A stretch of DNA of 64,000 nucleotides from IMG/VR virus record IMGVR_UViG_3300048008_000449, positions 140,773-204,772 of that record; one strand, given 5' to 3'. This document shows, one piece after another, positions 47,952 through 57,900 of the stretch. A program made the translations under genes and the position numbers. Under the pieces are notes generated by a model. It was not told the origin of the DNA. It worked only from the letters and a program-made list of their open reading frames with translations, and did not search any database. Numbering within the stretch: position 1 is the stretch's first letter; every line of letters starts with the position of its first letter.

Positions 47952-49049
47952 TCATTCCGTCACTTTCTTTTTCATACTTGCAACAAATTGTTCACGTAAC
48001 CATTCATAGTCATTAATTTTGTTAAGAGCATCAACATCTTTTGCATGTTCTTCGCCATACAATTTTCCTTCTAATGCACCTTTAATACAATAACGTCCAA
48101 ATCTTGCACCGTTGTCTAATGTACACCATGCTTCTAATCTGTCTACTGTATCTTTTCTAGGACTATCTGTTTGCTGAATTCCACTTGAAAGTTTTACACA
48201 TTCACGGAATGCACTACGCCATGTTCTATATGGATCTTTGTTAAATCTTGTGATGTTTGATACATCTGTAATTGGTTGATAAAAACTAACACCTGTTGTA
48301 AAGTCTGGAAGTATATGTCCTAACTCTAACAATTGTTCTCTTGGAAATAATTTTACACCTCCATATCCATATTCTAAATCATTAATAGGATTTTTAGCAC
48401 TCCACACATATGTTGTATTTTTACGTTTACTCATTGGTGGAATATAATCAAAACTAAAATGCGACATTACGTCTGCATCTGCGTCAACAATATATACCAT
48501 TTCTGATTTAGCTAATTCTGCAACTTTTCTGTGTGCATTACCAATGCCTTCAACATTCTTAACATGTTGTGCATCTTTAAATCTATTTCTTAGTTTTTGG
48601 AAATTTTCGTCTGCTTCAGCTTCATGGAAACTAATCATAAAAATATCAAATTCTGCTACATGATAACTTGAAACAATTTTATTTTGTACTGTAGTGTGTG
48701 ATACACCATTTGTTGGAACTAAATGAATATCTCCCCAACTAACTGGTCTGTTTGTTCTTTTAATTACTCTAGGAAATGTGTGTATTACAGATTTTGCAAT
48801 ACGATCGGTTGGTCTATATTGCCAAGGAAAGTTAGGATTAATTTCAGTTTCATCAAATACTACCCAAGCCATATCAGCTGTATCTTTGTATTGTGATGCT
48901 TCTTTTAGTAATTCTGTTTCTTCTGTAATTTTTGTAGCAGTTCTAATTATTGGATATGATTCGAACATAAATCTTTTTAGTCTATCCCAAGGCGTTACTA
49001 CATTTTGTCCTTGGAACTCTTTACCTTTGTTATTAATTAAATTAATCAT
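47952..49049 (-). CDS. Glycosyltransferase-like (GT-A) protein with an internal duplication
   Basis: FMISFHE, VDADA (DxD), YGGVKLF, WRSAFRE; likely start MINLIN at 49049. Confidence 0.7.
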   Translation of the reverse strand: MINLINNKGKEFQGQNVVTPWDRLKRFMFESYPIIRTATKITEETELLKEASQYKDTADMAWVVFDETEINPNFPWQYRPTDRIAKSVIHTFPRVIKRTNRPVSWGDIHLVPTNGVSHTTVQNKIVSSYHVAEFDIFMISFHEAEADENFQKLRNRFKDAQHVKNVEGIGNAHRKVAELAKSEMVYIVDADADVMSHFSFDYIPPMSKRKNTTYVWSAKNPINDLEYGYGGVKLFPREQLLELGHILPDFTTGVSFYQPITDVSNITRFNKDPYRTWRSAFRECVKLSSGIQQTDSPRKDTVDRLEAWCTLDNGARFGRYCIKGALEGKLYGEEHAKDVDALNKINDYEWLREQFVASMKKKVTE

Positions 49050-49692
49050 TGCAATCGCCTTTAACTGTAAATGCACGTGTTCCTATATGTGCAATTCTGT
49101 CACTTAATTCGTGACTAATATTTACTTCATATCCTGCATTATTTGCAAGGCTACAAAAGTATATATCTTCTCCTACAAGGCTAGTATATGTTTCATTATA
49201 TTCTATCTTATAGTGAGGTAGAGGAATATTTTCGTATACTTCTCTTCTTACTAACATCATTCCACTACCAACTGCCCAAACTTTTTCAATTCCTGTACCT
49301 GTTAATACTCTACTATCTAAGTTTGTTTTGCTTTTAAAAGCAACAGGCCTGTGTGGTGGTACTCTTGTTGCATAATTACCAGCAATAATATCTTTATTGG
49401 CTGCTAATAATATATTTAGCGTATCTACCGGAAACTGCATATCAGCATCTATCCACATAATATGTGTACAATTTGTTTCTAGTGCTTCAGTTACAAGTTG
49501 CTGACGTTGCATAGCTACTTCGCTTCCCATATTAAAATGTAAGCTAGTAGATAGTCCAGTCTCACCACACTTTTTTTGAAGCATGGCAAGGCTGTACGCA
49601 AAGACCGCGGTAACATTATCTCGCACAGGAACACATATTGCTACATTTGCGGTATTGTTATTTTTGTGAAAATAATTAGGTACGCTAACCAT
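49042..49692 (-). CDS. GT2-family glycosyltransferase
   Basis: VAICVP, HIMWIDADM, VGSGMMLV, GEDIYFC, HIG. Confidence 0.85.
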   Translation of the reverse strand: MVSVPNYFHKNNNTANVAICVPVRDNVTAVFAYSLAMLQKKCGETGLSTSLHFNMGSEVAMQRQQLVTEALETNCTHIMWIDADMQFPVDTLNILLAANKDIIAGNYATRVPPHRPVAFKSKTNLDSRVLTGTGIEKVWAVGSGMMLVRREVYENIPLPHYKIEYNETYTSLVGEDIYFCSLANNAGYEVNISHELSDRIAHIGTRAFTVKGDCND

Positions 49693-49695
49693 TAA

Positions 49696-50118
49696 TTATT
49701 TTTCAGAAGCAAGTTCTGTTTGAAGTTCTGCTTCTACTTGCTGTACTTCATAATTAAGTTGTTTAGCAATAGCTGTAGCTTGTTTAACACATGCGGCAAA
49801 TGCTTCATCTTCTAAAGCTACCATATAGTTCATATGTTCAGGCTGTACTTTACCAATTGTTAAAATATCAATAGCCGCTAATTTTGATAAACGTGCTACC
49901 CAATATTCTTCTTCAGACTCTTCAATATTTGCTAATAGTGCATCAATATCATGCTCAGCTGCAAAATCTTTGTGGATTGCTTCTAAAACTGGTAAGTCTG
50001 GATGTTGTTGTTCACGTGCTTGCATAAGCTCCGTGGTTAATACTTGTGCTTTACGTGACGCTGTTGGATGTGCGCCAAGCACGAACGTTTCGATCTCAAA
50101 TCGTGTTCTTATACTCAT
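49696..50118 (-). CDS. Hypothetical helical protein, first gene of the modification operon
   Basis: FEIETFV..HPT, EEEYWVARL; AGGAG RBS. Confidence 0.65.
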   Translation of the reverse strand: MSIRTRFEIETFVLGAHPTASRKAQVLTTELMQAREQQHPDLPVLEAIHKDFAAEHDIDALLANIEESEEEYWVARLSKLAAIDILTIGKVQPEHMNYMVALEDEAFAACVKQATAIAKQLNYEVQQVEAELQTELASEK

Positions 50119-50168
50119 TGTTTTCTCCTGTGTTGAGTTTACATTTTTTGTAAATATAATTAGTTACT

Positions 50169-50197
50169 ATTTTACAATAAAACGATGATGTTGTCAA
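50169..50197 (-). promoter_or_regulatory. Probable sigma70-type promoter of the glycosyltransferase operon, overlapping a terminator
   Basis: TTGACA-17-TAAAAT. Confidence 0.6.
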
Positions 50198-50214
50198 CAA
50201 GTAACAACACCATC
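50184..50214 (-). terminator. Terminator after the 73-aa gene
   Basis: GATGGTGTTGTTA/TGACAACATCATC with GU pairs, then GTTTT. Confidence 0.7.
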
Positions 50215-50227
50215 ATTAAATTAATTC

Positions 50228-50449
50228 TTATGGATGTGTTGGTTCGTCAGTTGTCGGATCTACTCCGGAACTCGTACCCCACGTGTTAGGGTTCTGCCAT
50301 CCGCCAAACGTAGCCGATAAACTAATGTTTGATGTTACTGATGGTGTAATAAACGCACCTAATTGACTTAGTGTTACTGTTCCACTTAGTCCAAAGTAGT
50401 TACGTACTTGTCCCATGCTGATTGCTGAACCTGTTGCTGGTAATGCCAT
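50228..50449 (-). CDS. 73-aa Ser/Thr/Gly-rich peptide, mini fibre-tip adhesin-like or precursor peptide
   Basis: MALPATGSAISMGQV..FG start; own late box, AGGAG RBS and terminator. Confidence 0.7.
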   Translation of the reverse strand: MALPATGSAISMGQVRNYFGLSGTVTLSQLGAFITPSVTSNISLSATFGGWQNPNTWGTSSGVDPTTDEPTHP

Positions 50450-50562
50450 TTGTTGACTCCTTGCTTATAATTAACGTTAATCACAAGCATATTGCTTGCT
50501 TAACTATTTATCTATATGTCTCATAACATATAAGAGTATATTATTTTTTCTTTAATATAATA

Positions 50563-51924
50563 TTAAGGTGTTATTTGTAGTGTAGATGGTACTAATTGTA
50601 TCCAATTTGTTCCGTCATATCCTTCAAATATTTTAGTATCAGTATTAAAATAAAACTGTCCTTCTACCGGACTAACCGGTCTTTGTGCTTCTGTACCTTT
50701 AGGTGCTACAAACGTAGTAGGTGCATTAGCATAACTTTGTAAATTAGCTGTAACTGTAGTTATCTGCCCATCTGTATACGAATTTGCTGTATTTACGGCT
50801 GCTGTTTTAGTTATTAAATCTTGTTGTTGTGCAAATAAATTAGATACTGCTGTTGTTGAATAATTTGATAAATCATTTGGCTGTATTACATTATTAGCAT
50901 CAGTTAAATCACTTATATCTAATCCAGTTATTGTTGCATTAGTAACATCCATTGTATCATTAACTGTTAACTCATCTATTGATGCTACTGTTACTGCTAA
51001 CTGTGAATCGTTGTTGCCAGTTCCTACTGTAAGTACTGGGTTATTTGCTAGTGTATCGCCAAGGTCACCATATAGTGTTCCTGTTAAATAAGCATTGTGT
51101 CCAAAAAATGTATCTGCTCCAGTAGTATTAACTATTGTTGCTCCGCCTGATGATGATGGTGCTTTTAGTTTTTCAACTTCAGCATCGTGAATTGTTAATG
51201 TATCTCTTACTGCTCCAGTAGTAATGATTGGAACTAGTGAAGTTGGAGATGTTACATCACCATGCACATCACCATAAAGTCTACCTGTTACATTACCATT
51301 TAAACTACCAGTAAGAGAGACTGTATTACTTAGTGCTACACTAACACGAGCGTCTGCATAAGAATTAACTTCGGTTGCAAAATCTACAAAGGCAAATTTA
51401 CTTGTGCTACTGTCGTATAAAAGAAAATCTCCATTTGCTACAGTATCACTAGTATGTCCAACATCTGATAATCCAATTAGTGATTGTGAATTTTGTGATG
51501 CTGTAATGCGTGTGTTAATTTCACTTTCAAGGTTTACATAACTCCATGTTGAACCATCATATAAAATTAAATCACCAGTTGTAGCTGATCCATTATCAAT
51601 ATCAGTTAAATCAGATAATGTGGAAGGAATATTTCCTGCAATAATTATATCTGCAGTAAGTGTTCCTACTGATAAATTTCCTTTTTGTGTTATTTGTGCT
51701 GCTTCAATTTGGTTACTTGACTCTGCTCCAATGTATCCATCAATTACATAAAATGTCTGTGTTTCTGCGTCTCTAACAAATCCTGCATAATTGTTAATAC
51801 CAATTTTTCCTAAGAAGCCTATATCAGATATACCTGAATTATCCTTTCCTAAAATTAGGATAGGATCGGAAAAAGCAGCATCACTAGTGTCAATGTTTGA
51901 CGTTTGAATTTTTCTAAAAGACAT
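50563..51924 (-). CDS. Tail fibre-like structural protein
   Basis: LSDLTD and GDLILYD repeats, G-x-L-x-G repeats, C-terminal GTEAQRP..GQFYFNTD..FEGYDG. Confidence 0.7.
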   Translation of the reverse strand: MSFRKIQTSNIDTSDAAFSDPILILGKDNSGISDIGFLGKIGINNYAGFVRDAETQTFYVIDGYIGAESSNQIEAAQITQKGNLSVGTLTADIIIAGNIPSTLSDLTDIDNGSATTGDLILYDGSTWSYVNLESEINTRITASQNSQSLIGLSDVGHTSDTVANGDFLLYDSSTSKFAFVDFATEVNSYADARVSVALSNTVSLTGSLNGNVTGRLYGDVHGDVTSPTSLVPIITTGAVRDTLTIHDAEVEKLKAPSSSGGATIVNTTGADTFFGHNAYLTGTLYGDLGDTLANNPVLTVGTGNNDSQLAVTVASIDELTVNDTMDVTNATITGLDISDLTDANNVIQPNDLSNYSTTAVSNLFAQQQDLITKTAAVNTANSYTDGQITTVTANLQSYANAPTTFVAPKGTEAQRPVSPVEGQFYFNTDTKIFEGYDGTNWIQLVPSTLQITP

Positions 51925-51982
51925 TTTTGTGTTCCTTACGTATATAGTAGTATTTATCTATTACGTAATTATATTTAGCCAT

Positions 51983-52012
51983 AAAAAAAGCAGGGTAAAA
52001 ATACCCTGCTTT
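51983..52012 (-). terminator. Intrinsic terminator
   Basis: AAAGCAGGGTA/TACCCTGCTTT plus U tract. Confidence 0.85.
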
Positions 52013-52032
52013 AGTTTAATTAGTAATTTAAA

Positions 52033-53181
52033 TTACTTTTTAGCTTTAAGTTCTTCTACTTGAGCTGATAATTCTTTAACTGCTTCAATTAGTAGACCTG
52101 TGATGTTTCCGTATGCTACTGAATGAACACCTTCTGCATCTGTGTGTACTGCTTCTGGAAGAACTGCTTTTAGTTCTTGGGCGATAACACCAGTTGAAGT
52201 TGATCCATCTGAGATACGATCAAAAGTTACACCACGAATTGCTTCAACTTTACCTAAAGCACCGTCAATTACTTGTACGTTTGTTTTTAGAGTATCGTCT
52301 GAGTAAGCTGTAATATCACCAGTTGCTGTAAAGCTACCTGTGTATGAACCACTCATTGCAAACGATGTACCAGTTAATGATAAACCGTTGCCTGCAGTGT
52401 AAGTTGTATCTGCATCACCATTATCAGCATATACTTTTGCTGCTGCTAGTGCTGCGTCTGCTTTAGATGTTGCGTCTGCTGCCGCTGTTGCTACTGCGTC
52501 TGCTTCTGCTGTATCTGTGTAAGCATAAGAGATAGTAATTGCTTCAGCTTTTTTAGCATCAGCATATGTATTAGATGCTGAAATAGCTGCTGCTTCTGCC
52601 GCATCTGCTTTAGTAGTTGCGTCTGCTGCCGCTGTAGAAGCCGCTGATGAAGTAACACTAGCGATTGCTGAACTTAGTTCTGAATCTGTTGCCATTGCAT
52701 CTTGGATTTCTTTCAATGTATCAAACGCTGCGCCTGCACCGTTAGTTACTGTTGAAACTGCTGCCGCTTGTGCCGCATCAACATAAGTTTTGTTTGCCGC
52801 ATCGTTACCTGATGTTGGTGCTGCTAAATCAGTAATTTTCTTGCTGTTCATGTCGATGGTTTCTTTCATGTCCAGTGTATCGTCTATACGAACACCTTTT
52901 TTGAAACGTGTTGTGTTGTTTACGTTAGTACCAAAACTTGCGTTGTTACCATCGTCAGCTGCACCATCTGTAGTTGTTAGTTTTGTTGCTAGAATTGAAA
53001 TGTTACGTTCCATGTCCGCCATACGTCTTAGAGACGATTTTGAACCTGAAATTGTAATTTCTTCTGCACCTGGATCACCAGTAAACTCTGTTAGTGTACC
53101 AGTTGAATCGTACTTATATTTCTTTGATTTATCGAATGAAAAGGTACCTGTAGCACCATTACTTCTTACTTTTCTTGCCAT
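52033..53181 (-). CDS. Tail fibre with a C-terminal intramolecular chaperone (Peptidase S74)
   Basis: YSDDTLKTNV...RGVTF...GVIAQEL..VLPEAV...LIEAVKEL. Confidence 0.85.
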   Translation of the reverse strand: MARKVRSNGATGTFSFDKSKKYKYDSTGTLTEFTGDPGAEEITISGSKSSLRRMADMERNISILATKLTTTDGAADDGNNASFGTNVNNTTRFKKGVRIDDTLDMKETIDMNSKKITDLAAPTSGNDAANKTYVDAAQAAAVSTVTNGAGAAFDTLKEIQDAMATDSELSSAIASVTSSAASTAAADATTKADAAEAAAISASNTYADAKKAEAITISYAYTDTAEADAVATAAADATSKADAALAAAKVYADNGDADTTYTAGNGLSLTGTSFAMSGSYTGSFTATGDITAYSDDTLKTNVQVIDGALGKVEAIRGVTFDRISDGSTSTGVIAQELKAVLPEAVHTDAEGVHSVAYGNITGLLIEAVKELSAQVEELKAKK

Positions 53182-53203
53182 TTTAATTCTCCTTTAGAGT
53201 TGT

Positions 53204-53288
53204 TTAGCCACGTAGTAGAACTCTGTTCCACCATAGCACTTATTAAGTGCCTAAGTAGGGGGTTTGGCTCCCCCTACCTTTGGACTAA
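53204..53288 (-). ncRNA. Predicted four-way-junction structured RNA between two fibre genes
   Basis: Three hairpins closed by TTAGTCCA/TGGCTAA; see findings. Confidence 0.5.
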
Positions 53289-53294
53289 TCTTTA

Positions 53295-54737
53295 TTAGCT
53301 AACTAATTTCCATCCTTTGACTTCAATTTCGTCGCCTACTTCAATAACATTCGAGTTGAATGTTACTACACCTGTTGATGTGTTAACTGAACTTAATTCA
53401 GCTGGTCTAGCCAGTTGTCTGTTAACGTATACTGTGTAATCATCTGCTCCAACAACATCAGTAAATGTATATGCTAGTGTTGCCGCATTAGTTACATCAG
53501 TTACTGAACTGTGGAATGTTGAAGTTGAAATATTTGCTTCAATTCCTGCTACTGCTGTTGCAATTGCTGCATCACGTGCTGTTGCTTCTGATGCTACTTT
53601 AGAAGTTGCATCTGCACTTGCTGTAGCTTCAGCCGCTGATTGAGCTGCGTTTGCTTTAGCTGTTGCATCTGCTGCCGCTGATGCAATTGCATCTGCTTCT
53701 GCTGTATCTGCATAAGATTGTAATGATGTAGTTACTGTAGCAATCTCTGTATCAGTATATGTATTTGCTGACGTTCCACTTGACGAAGCACTTGATGCAA
53801 TCGCTGCTGTGTAAGCTGTAGTAATTGCTGTTTCACGTGTATCAGTGTAAGTGCCTGCTGCTGAAATTGCATCTGCTTCTGCTGCATCTGCTTTAGTAGT
53901 TGCATCTGTAGCCGCTGTAGTAAGTGCATTAGATACTGTGTTGTCAGTGTAATTACCTGCTGATGCAATTGCCGCTGTATCACCTGCTACTCTGTTTGAT
54001 GTTTCTGTTGATACTAGTGTGTTAAGAGCTGCTACGTCTGCTACTCTTGCCGCATTAGCTGAAACAATCGCTGCTTGGTTAGTAGAGATATCAGCTGCGT
54101 TAGTTGCAATGTTTGTATTAGCTGTAGTAAGTGCAGTTGTGTTAGTTGCAATATTAGCTGTTACTGTTGCACTAAAGTTAGCGTCATCGCCTAAGGCGTT
54201 AGCTAATTCATTTAATGTATCTAATGCACCAGGTGCACCGTTGATAACATTTGCAACTTGCTGGTCTACATATGCTTTGTTTGTTACGTCAGTTGTATCT
54301 ACTGGTGTTGAGACATTAACGATTCTGTTTGAATCCATGTCAATTTTATCACCAAATGTTACGGCTGCGCCGCCAGCGTCAGTAATTCTTTTACCAGACG
54401 CCATTTGTAATGTTGCGTTTATTGCTAGTGGTACCTGAGATGATAAAGTTAAAGCACCAGTACCTTCTGTCTTAATGGTAAGTCCTTGGTCAGTGTCAGA
54501 TCTAACAATAATAGTTCCAGAATCGTCTTCCAAAACTTTTTGGTTGTTAATGAATAGTGATCCTTGTGAAAGATATAAGTCTCTCCACTTGAATGAAGTA
54601 GAACCTAAATCGAAACCTGTTGTACCATCTGAATCAACATTAGGTAGGATTGAACCACCCATTGTTAAGTTTGCTAATAATTCAGAGGCGTCATCAGTTT
54701 TGAAACCACCATCAATTATAAATTTTCTTTGTGCCAT
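53295..54737 (-). CDS. Tail fibre-like coiled-coil protein
   Basis: DLGSTSFKWRDLYL, NKAYVD, APGALDTLNELA, Ala/Thr heptads. Confidence 0.75.
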   Translation of the reverse strand: MAQRKFIIDGGFKTDDASELLANLTMGGSILPNVDSDGTTGFDLGSTSFKWRDLYLSQGSLFINNQKVLEDDSGTIIVRSDTDQGLTIKTEGTGALTLSSQVPLAINATLQMASGKRITDAGGAAVTFGDKIDMDSNRIVNVSTPVDTTDVTNKAYVDQQVANVINGAPGALDTLNELANALGDDANFSATVTANIATNTTALTTANTNIATNAADISTNQAAIVSANAARVADVAALNTLVSTETSNRVAGDTAAIASAGNYTDNTVSNALTTAATDATTKADAAEADAISAAGTYTDTRETAITTAYTAAIASSASSSGTSANTYTDTEIATVTTSLQSYADTAEADAIASAAADATAKANAAQSAAEATASADATSKVASEATARDAAIATAVAGIEANISTSTFHSSVTDVTNAATLAYTFTDVVGADDYTVYVNRQLARPAELSSVNTSTGVVTFNSNVIEVGDEIEVKGWKLVS

Positions 54738-54841
54738 TTTATGACTCCTTTTTGATCAAAAAAGTTATTGCTACATTGAGTAGCAATGTATTTATTGCTT
54801 TTTTTTAACTATTAACTGCTTTTATAACAATTTTTAGTTAA

Positions 54842-54875
54842 AAGAGGCATACCCTGTTACCAAGCTATGCCTCTT
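54842..54875 (-). terminator. Intrinsic terminator
   Basis: AAGAGGCATA/TATGCCTCTT. Confidence 0.7.
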
Positions 54876-54905
54876 AATTTAGGTTATTAAGAAGCGTTAT
54901 GTTTC

Positions 54906-57900
54906 TTAAACATCAATGTAAGTTGCAATAACTTTCACGTCTGCTGAACCTGATGTTGGTGTATAAGTTAGTTCTACTGTGTTACCATTCATAGTCACAC
55001 TTGCATCACCAATTAAGTCGTTTCCGGTATAAACCATCGCGTACTCTGTAATGTATGCAGTTGTTCCATCATGTACAACTAAAGCTTCACGTGTCTCATA
55101 GTTACCATTTGCGTCACCCACTTGGATAACATACTTAGCTGAACGATACAGTGTACCGTTAAAGCTGTCTACAGTTGTAGCACCAGTTGCTGAAACTGAT
55201 GATTTCTGTACGTATGCTTTAATATCCGCTGAGAACTTATCAAACGTTACCTGACCTGCAACAAGTACTGGCTGTAAGCCTGAAATGTGTGCAACAACTA
55301 CTGCCGCAGTTCCTACTGGTAGGGCACTGTTGAATGTAATTGTTTGTGCAGATGAGTTGATAGTATAGTGAGTTACTGGATCCTGAATAACACCGCCAAC
55401 AAATACCATGCTGTTTGCTTGGTCTGTTACGAAGTTAAGTGAATAAGTAGTCGCTACACCGTCACCTGGGATAGTTTGACGTTGGTTACTTGTAAAGATA
55501 TCTAATGGGCTTACTAGCTCCATTCCATCTTCAGTTGAGTTAACACGTAATACAAAGTCTTCTTTACCTGTGTAATCTGTGTCTGAGACATCAGTTAAAT
55601 CAAGTACTGATTCATTTGTATCAATGCTAATAACACCTGTTGCACTATCGTAAGTTGCTAGGCCGTTGCCTGCTGTATCTGTTACAGATATAGCTGCTCT
55701 TGCTTTTGCTGGTGTGTAGTATTCGTTGCTACCTTCAGTTAAGTCATCTGTAGTGTAAACTGAGATGTCTTGTGACTGAATTGCTGCATCTAATACTGCT
55801 TTAGAAACTGCGTCACCTGGGTTGGCTGCTGTTCCTAAACCTGATACCATGTTACCGCCCATAGCTACATCACCGCTCATTGTTCCACCAGCTAGTGGTA
55901 GTTTAGTTGCGATTACTGTATCTTGTGCTGAGTCAGCTGCTGCAAACTCTGAACGAATTGCCGCTCTGTCTGTAGTTGCTGCTGCATGGTCTGTATCATT
56001 GTCTGATACTTCAGTTGCTAGTGCTTGTGATAGTGCCGCTTCAGCTGCCAATGCACGAGTTTCCTCTGCACCAATTGCTGTTGAGTTGGCTGCTACCGCA
56101 CCAGTTAACGTACTGTCTGCGTTTTGGAATGCTGTAACGATTTCTGTTAAAGAATCCAAAGCTGCTGGGTCAGTGTTACTGATGATGTCATTAACAGTCG
56201 ATGTTAAGTTTGTGATTGCTGTTGCATTTGCGCCTTCAGCTGCTGTTGCTCTAGTTACTTCAGCTGTTAAGTTAGTAGATACAGTAGAAATTGCTGCTGC
56301 ATTTACGCCCTCTGCCGCTGTTGCTCTAGTTACCTCATTTGAGATTGCTGTTGCGTTTGCTGCTTCTGCATTCGTTGCACGTGTTACTTCATTTGCTAAA
56401 TTAGCAGTTAATACACCTTCTGCTGCTGTTGCACGAGTTTCCTCTGCATTTACTGCTGCATCTAGTTTGTCATCTGCGTCTTTTAGAGTTGAAGCTGTAC
56501 TGATGTAATTAGCTGAACCATTAGCTGTGTAAGTACCGTCTGTTGCCAAACCTGCACCTGCTTGTGTAGCTGTAATTTCAGTTAAGTTATTTGCGATATC
56601 AGTTGCGTTTGCACCTTCTGCCGCTGTTGCTCTTGTTGTTTCCGCCGCAATTGCGTTTGCATTTACTAATTCAGCTGCTCTTGCTGTTGTTGCTTCTGCT
56701 GTAATTGCGTTTGCATTTACACCTTCAGCTGCTAAAGCTCTTACTGTTTCTGCTTGGATAGCAGATGCATTAGTTGCAATATCAGTTACGTTGGTTGCAA
56801 TGTTAGTTGCGTTAGTTGCGATATCAGTTACGTTACTTGCAATACCTGCCGCATTAGTTGCTACATTAGTTGTTAATGTTGCTTCTGCTGCTTCGGCACG
56901 TGTTTTTTCAGCTAAGATTGCCGCATCCAATTTGTTGTCAGCATCTTTTAAAGATGTTGCACTATCAATTGCATGTGAACCTGTTGCTGCTGTATACGTA
57001 CCATCTGCATTTAAGCCTGCGCCTAATTGCGATGCGTCAACTTCAGTTTGTAAGTTTGCAATACCTGATGATGAACCTGTGTTCAATTCATTAATTGCTT
57101 CTGTTACAGTTTGTGCTGTAGTTGTCATTGTTGCAGAACCCATTGTTGCTTCTAAAGCATCAATATTACCTTCTTCAGTTGTTAAACGTGTGTCTAACGC
57201 TGTATCAGCTGCTGCAAATTCAGTACGGATTGCCGCTCTGTCTGTTGCCGCTGTAGATGATAACGAAGTGATCGCACCGTTAATTGTGCTATCAGCACTT
57301 TGGAATGCACTAACAATTTCTGTTAATGAATCTAAAGCTGCTGGATCAGTGTTAGTTAGAATTGAATCAATTCTAGCTGTTTCAACATCAATGTTTGATT
57401 GTAAAACACCTTCTGCTGATTGTGCTCTAGCTATTTCAATGTTTAGGTTTGAAACGTTAGTTGCGATATCAACAACATTTGCTGCGATAGCATTTGTATG
57501 TGTTGTATCTGCTGTAGTTGAACGTGATACTTCATTAGCGATTGCTGTTGCATTTGCACCTTCAGCTGCTAAAGCACGAGTTTCCTCTGCTGTAATAGCA
57601 TTTGCATTTGCTAATTCAGCTGCTCTTGCTGTTGTTGCTTCTGCAGTAATTTTACCATCTAATGTTGTATCAGCTGCTGCTCTGTCTGTTGCTTCTGTAG
57701 AAATTGCAGTTGCGTTAGTAGCAATGTCTGCTGTATTAGTAGCAATATTGCCTGCATTAGCTGTAATGTTTAGAGTGTTAGCACCTTCTGCCGCTAAAGC
57801 TCTATTTTTCTCAACTAGTACTTCTGCATCTGTGTAAGTTTCTGCTGATGCAATTGCATCTAGTTCAGCTTGGTCTGCATATGCTTCTGCCGCTGCTGCT

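Noticed and set aside
53204-53288. tRNA gene
   Set aside because: Cloverleaf-like, but lacks D-loop, T-loop, 7-nt anticodon loop and acceptor geometry; kept as a structured RNA candidate
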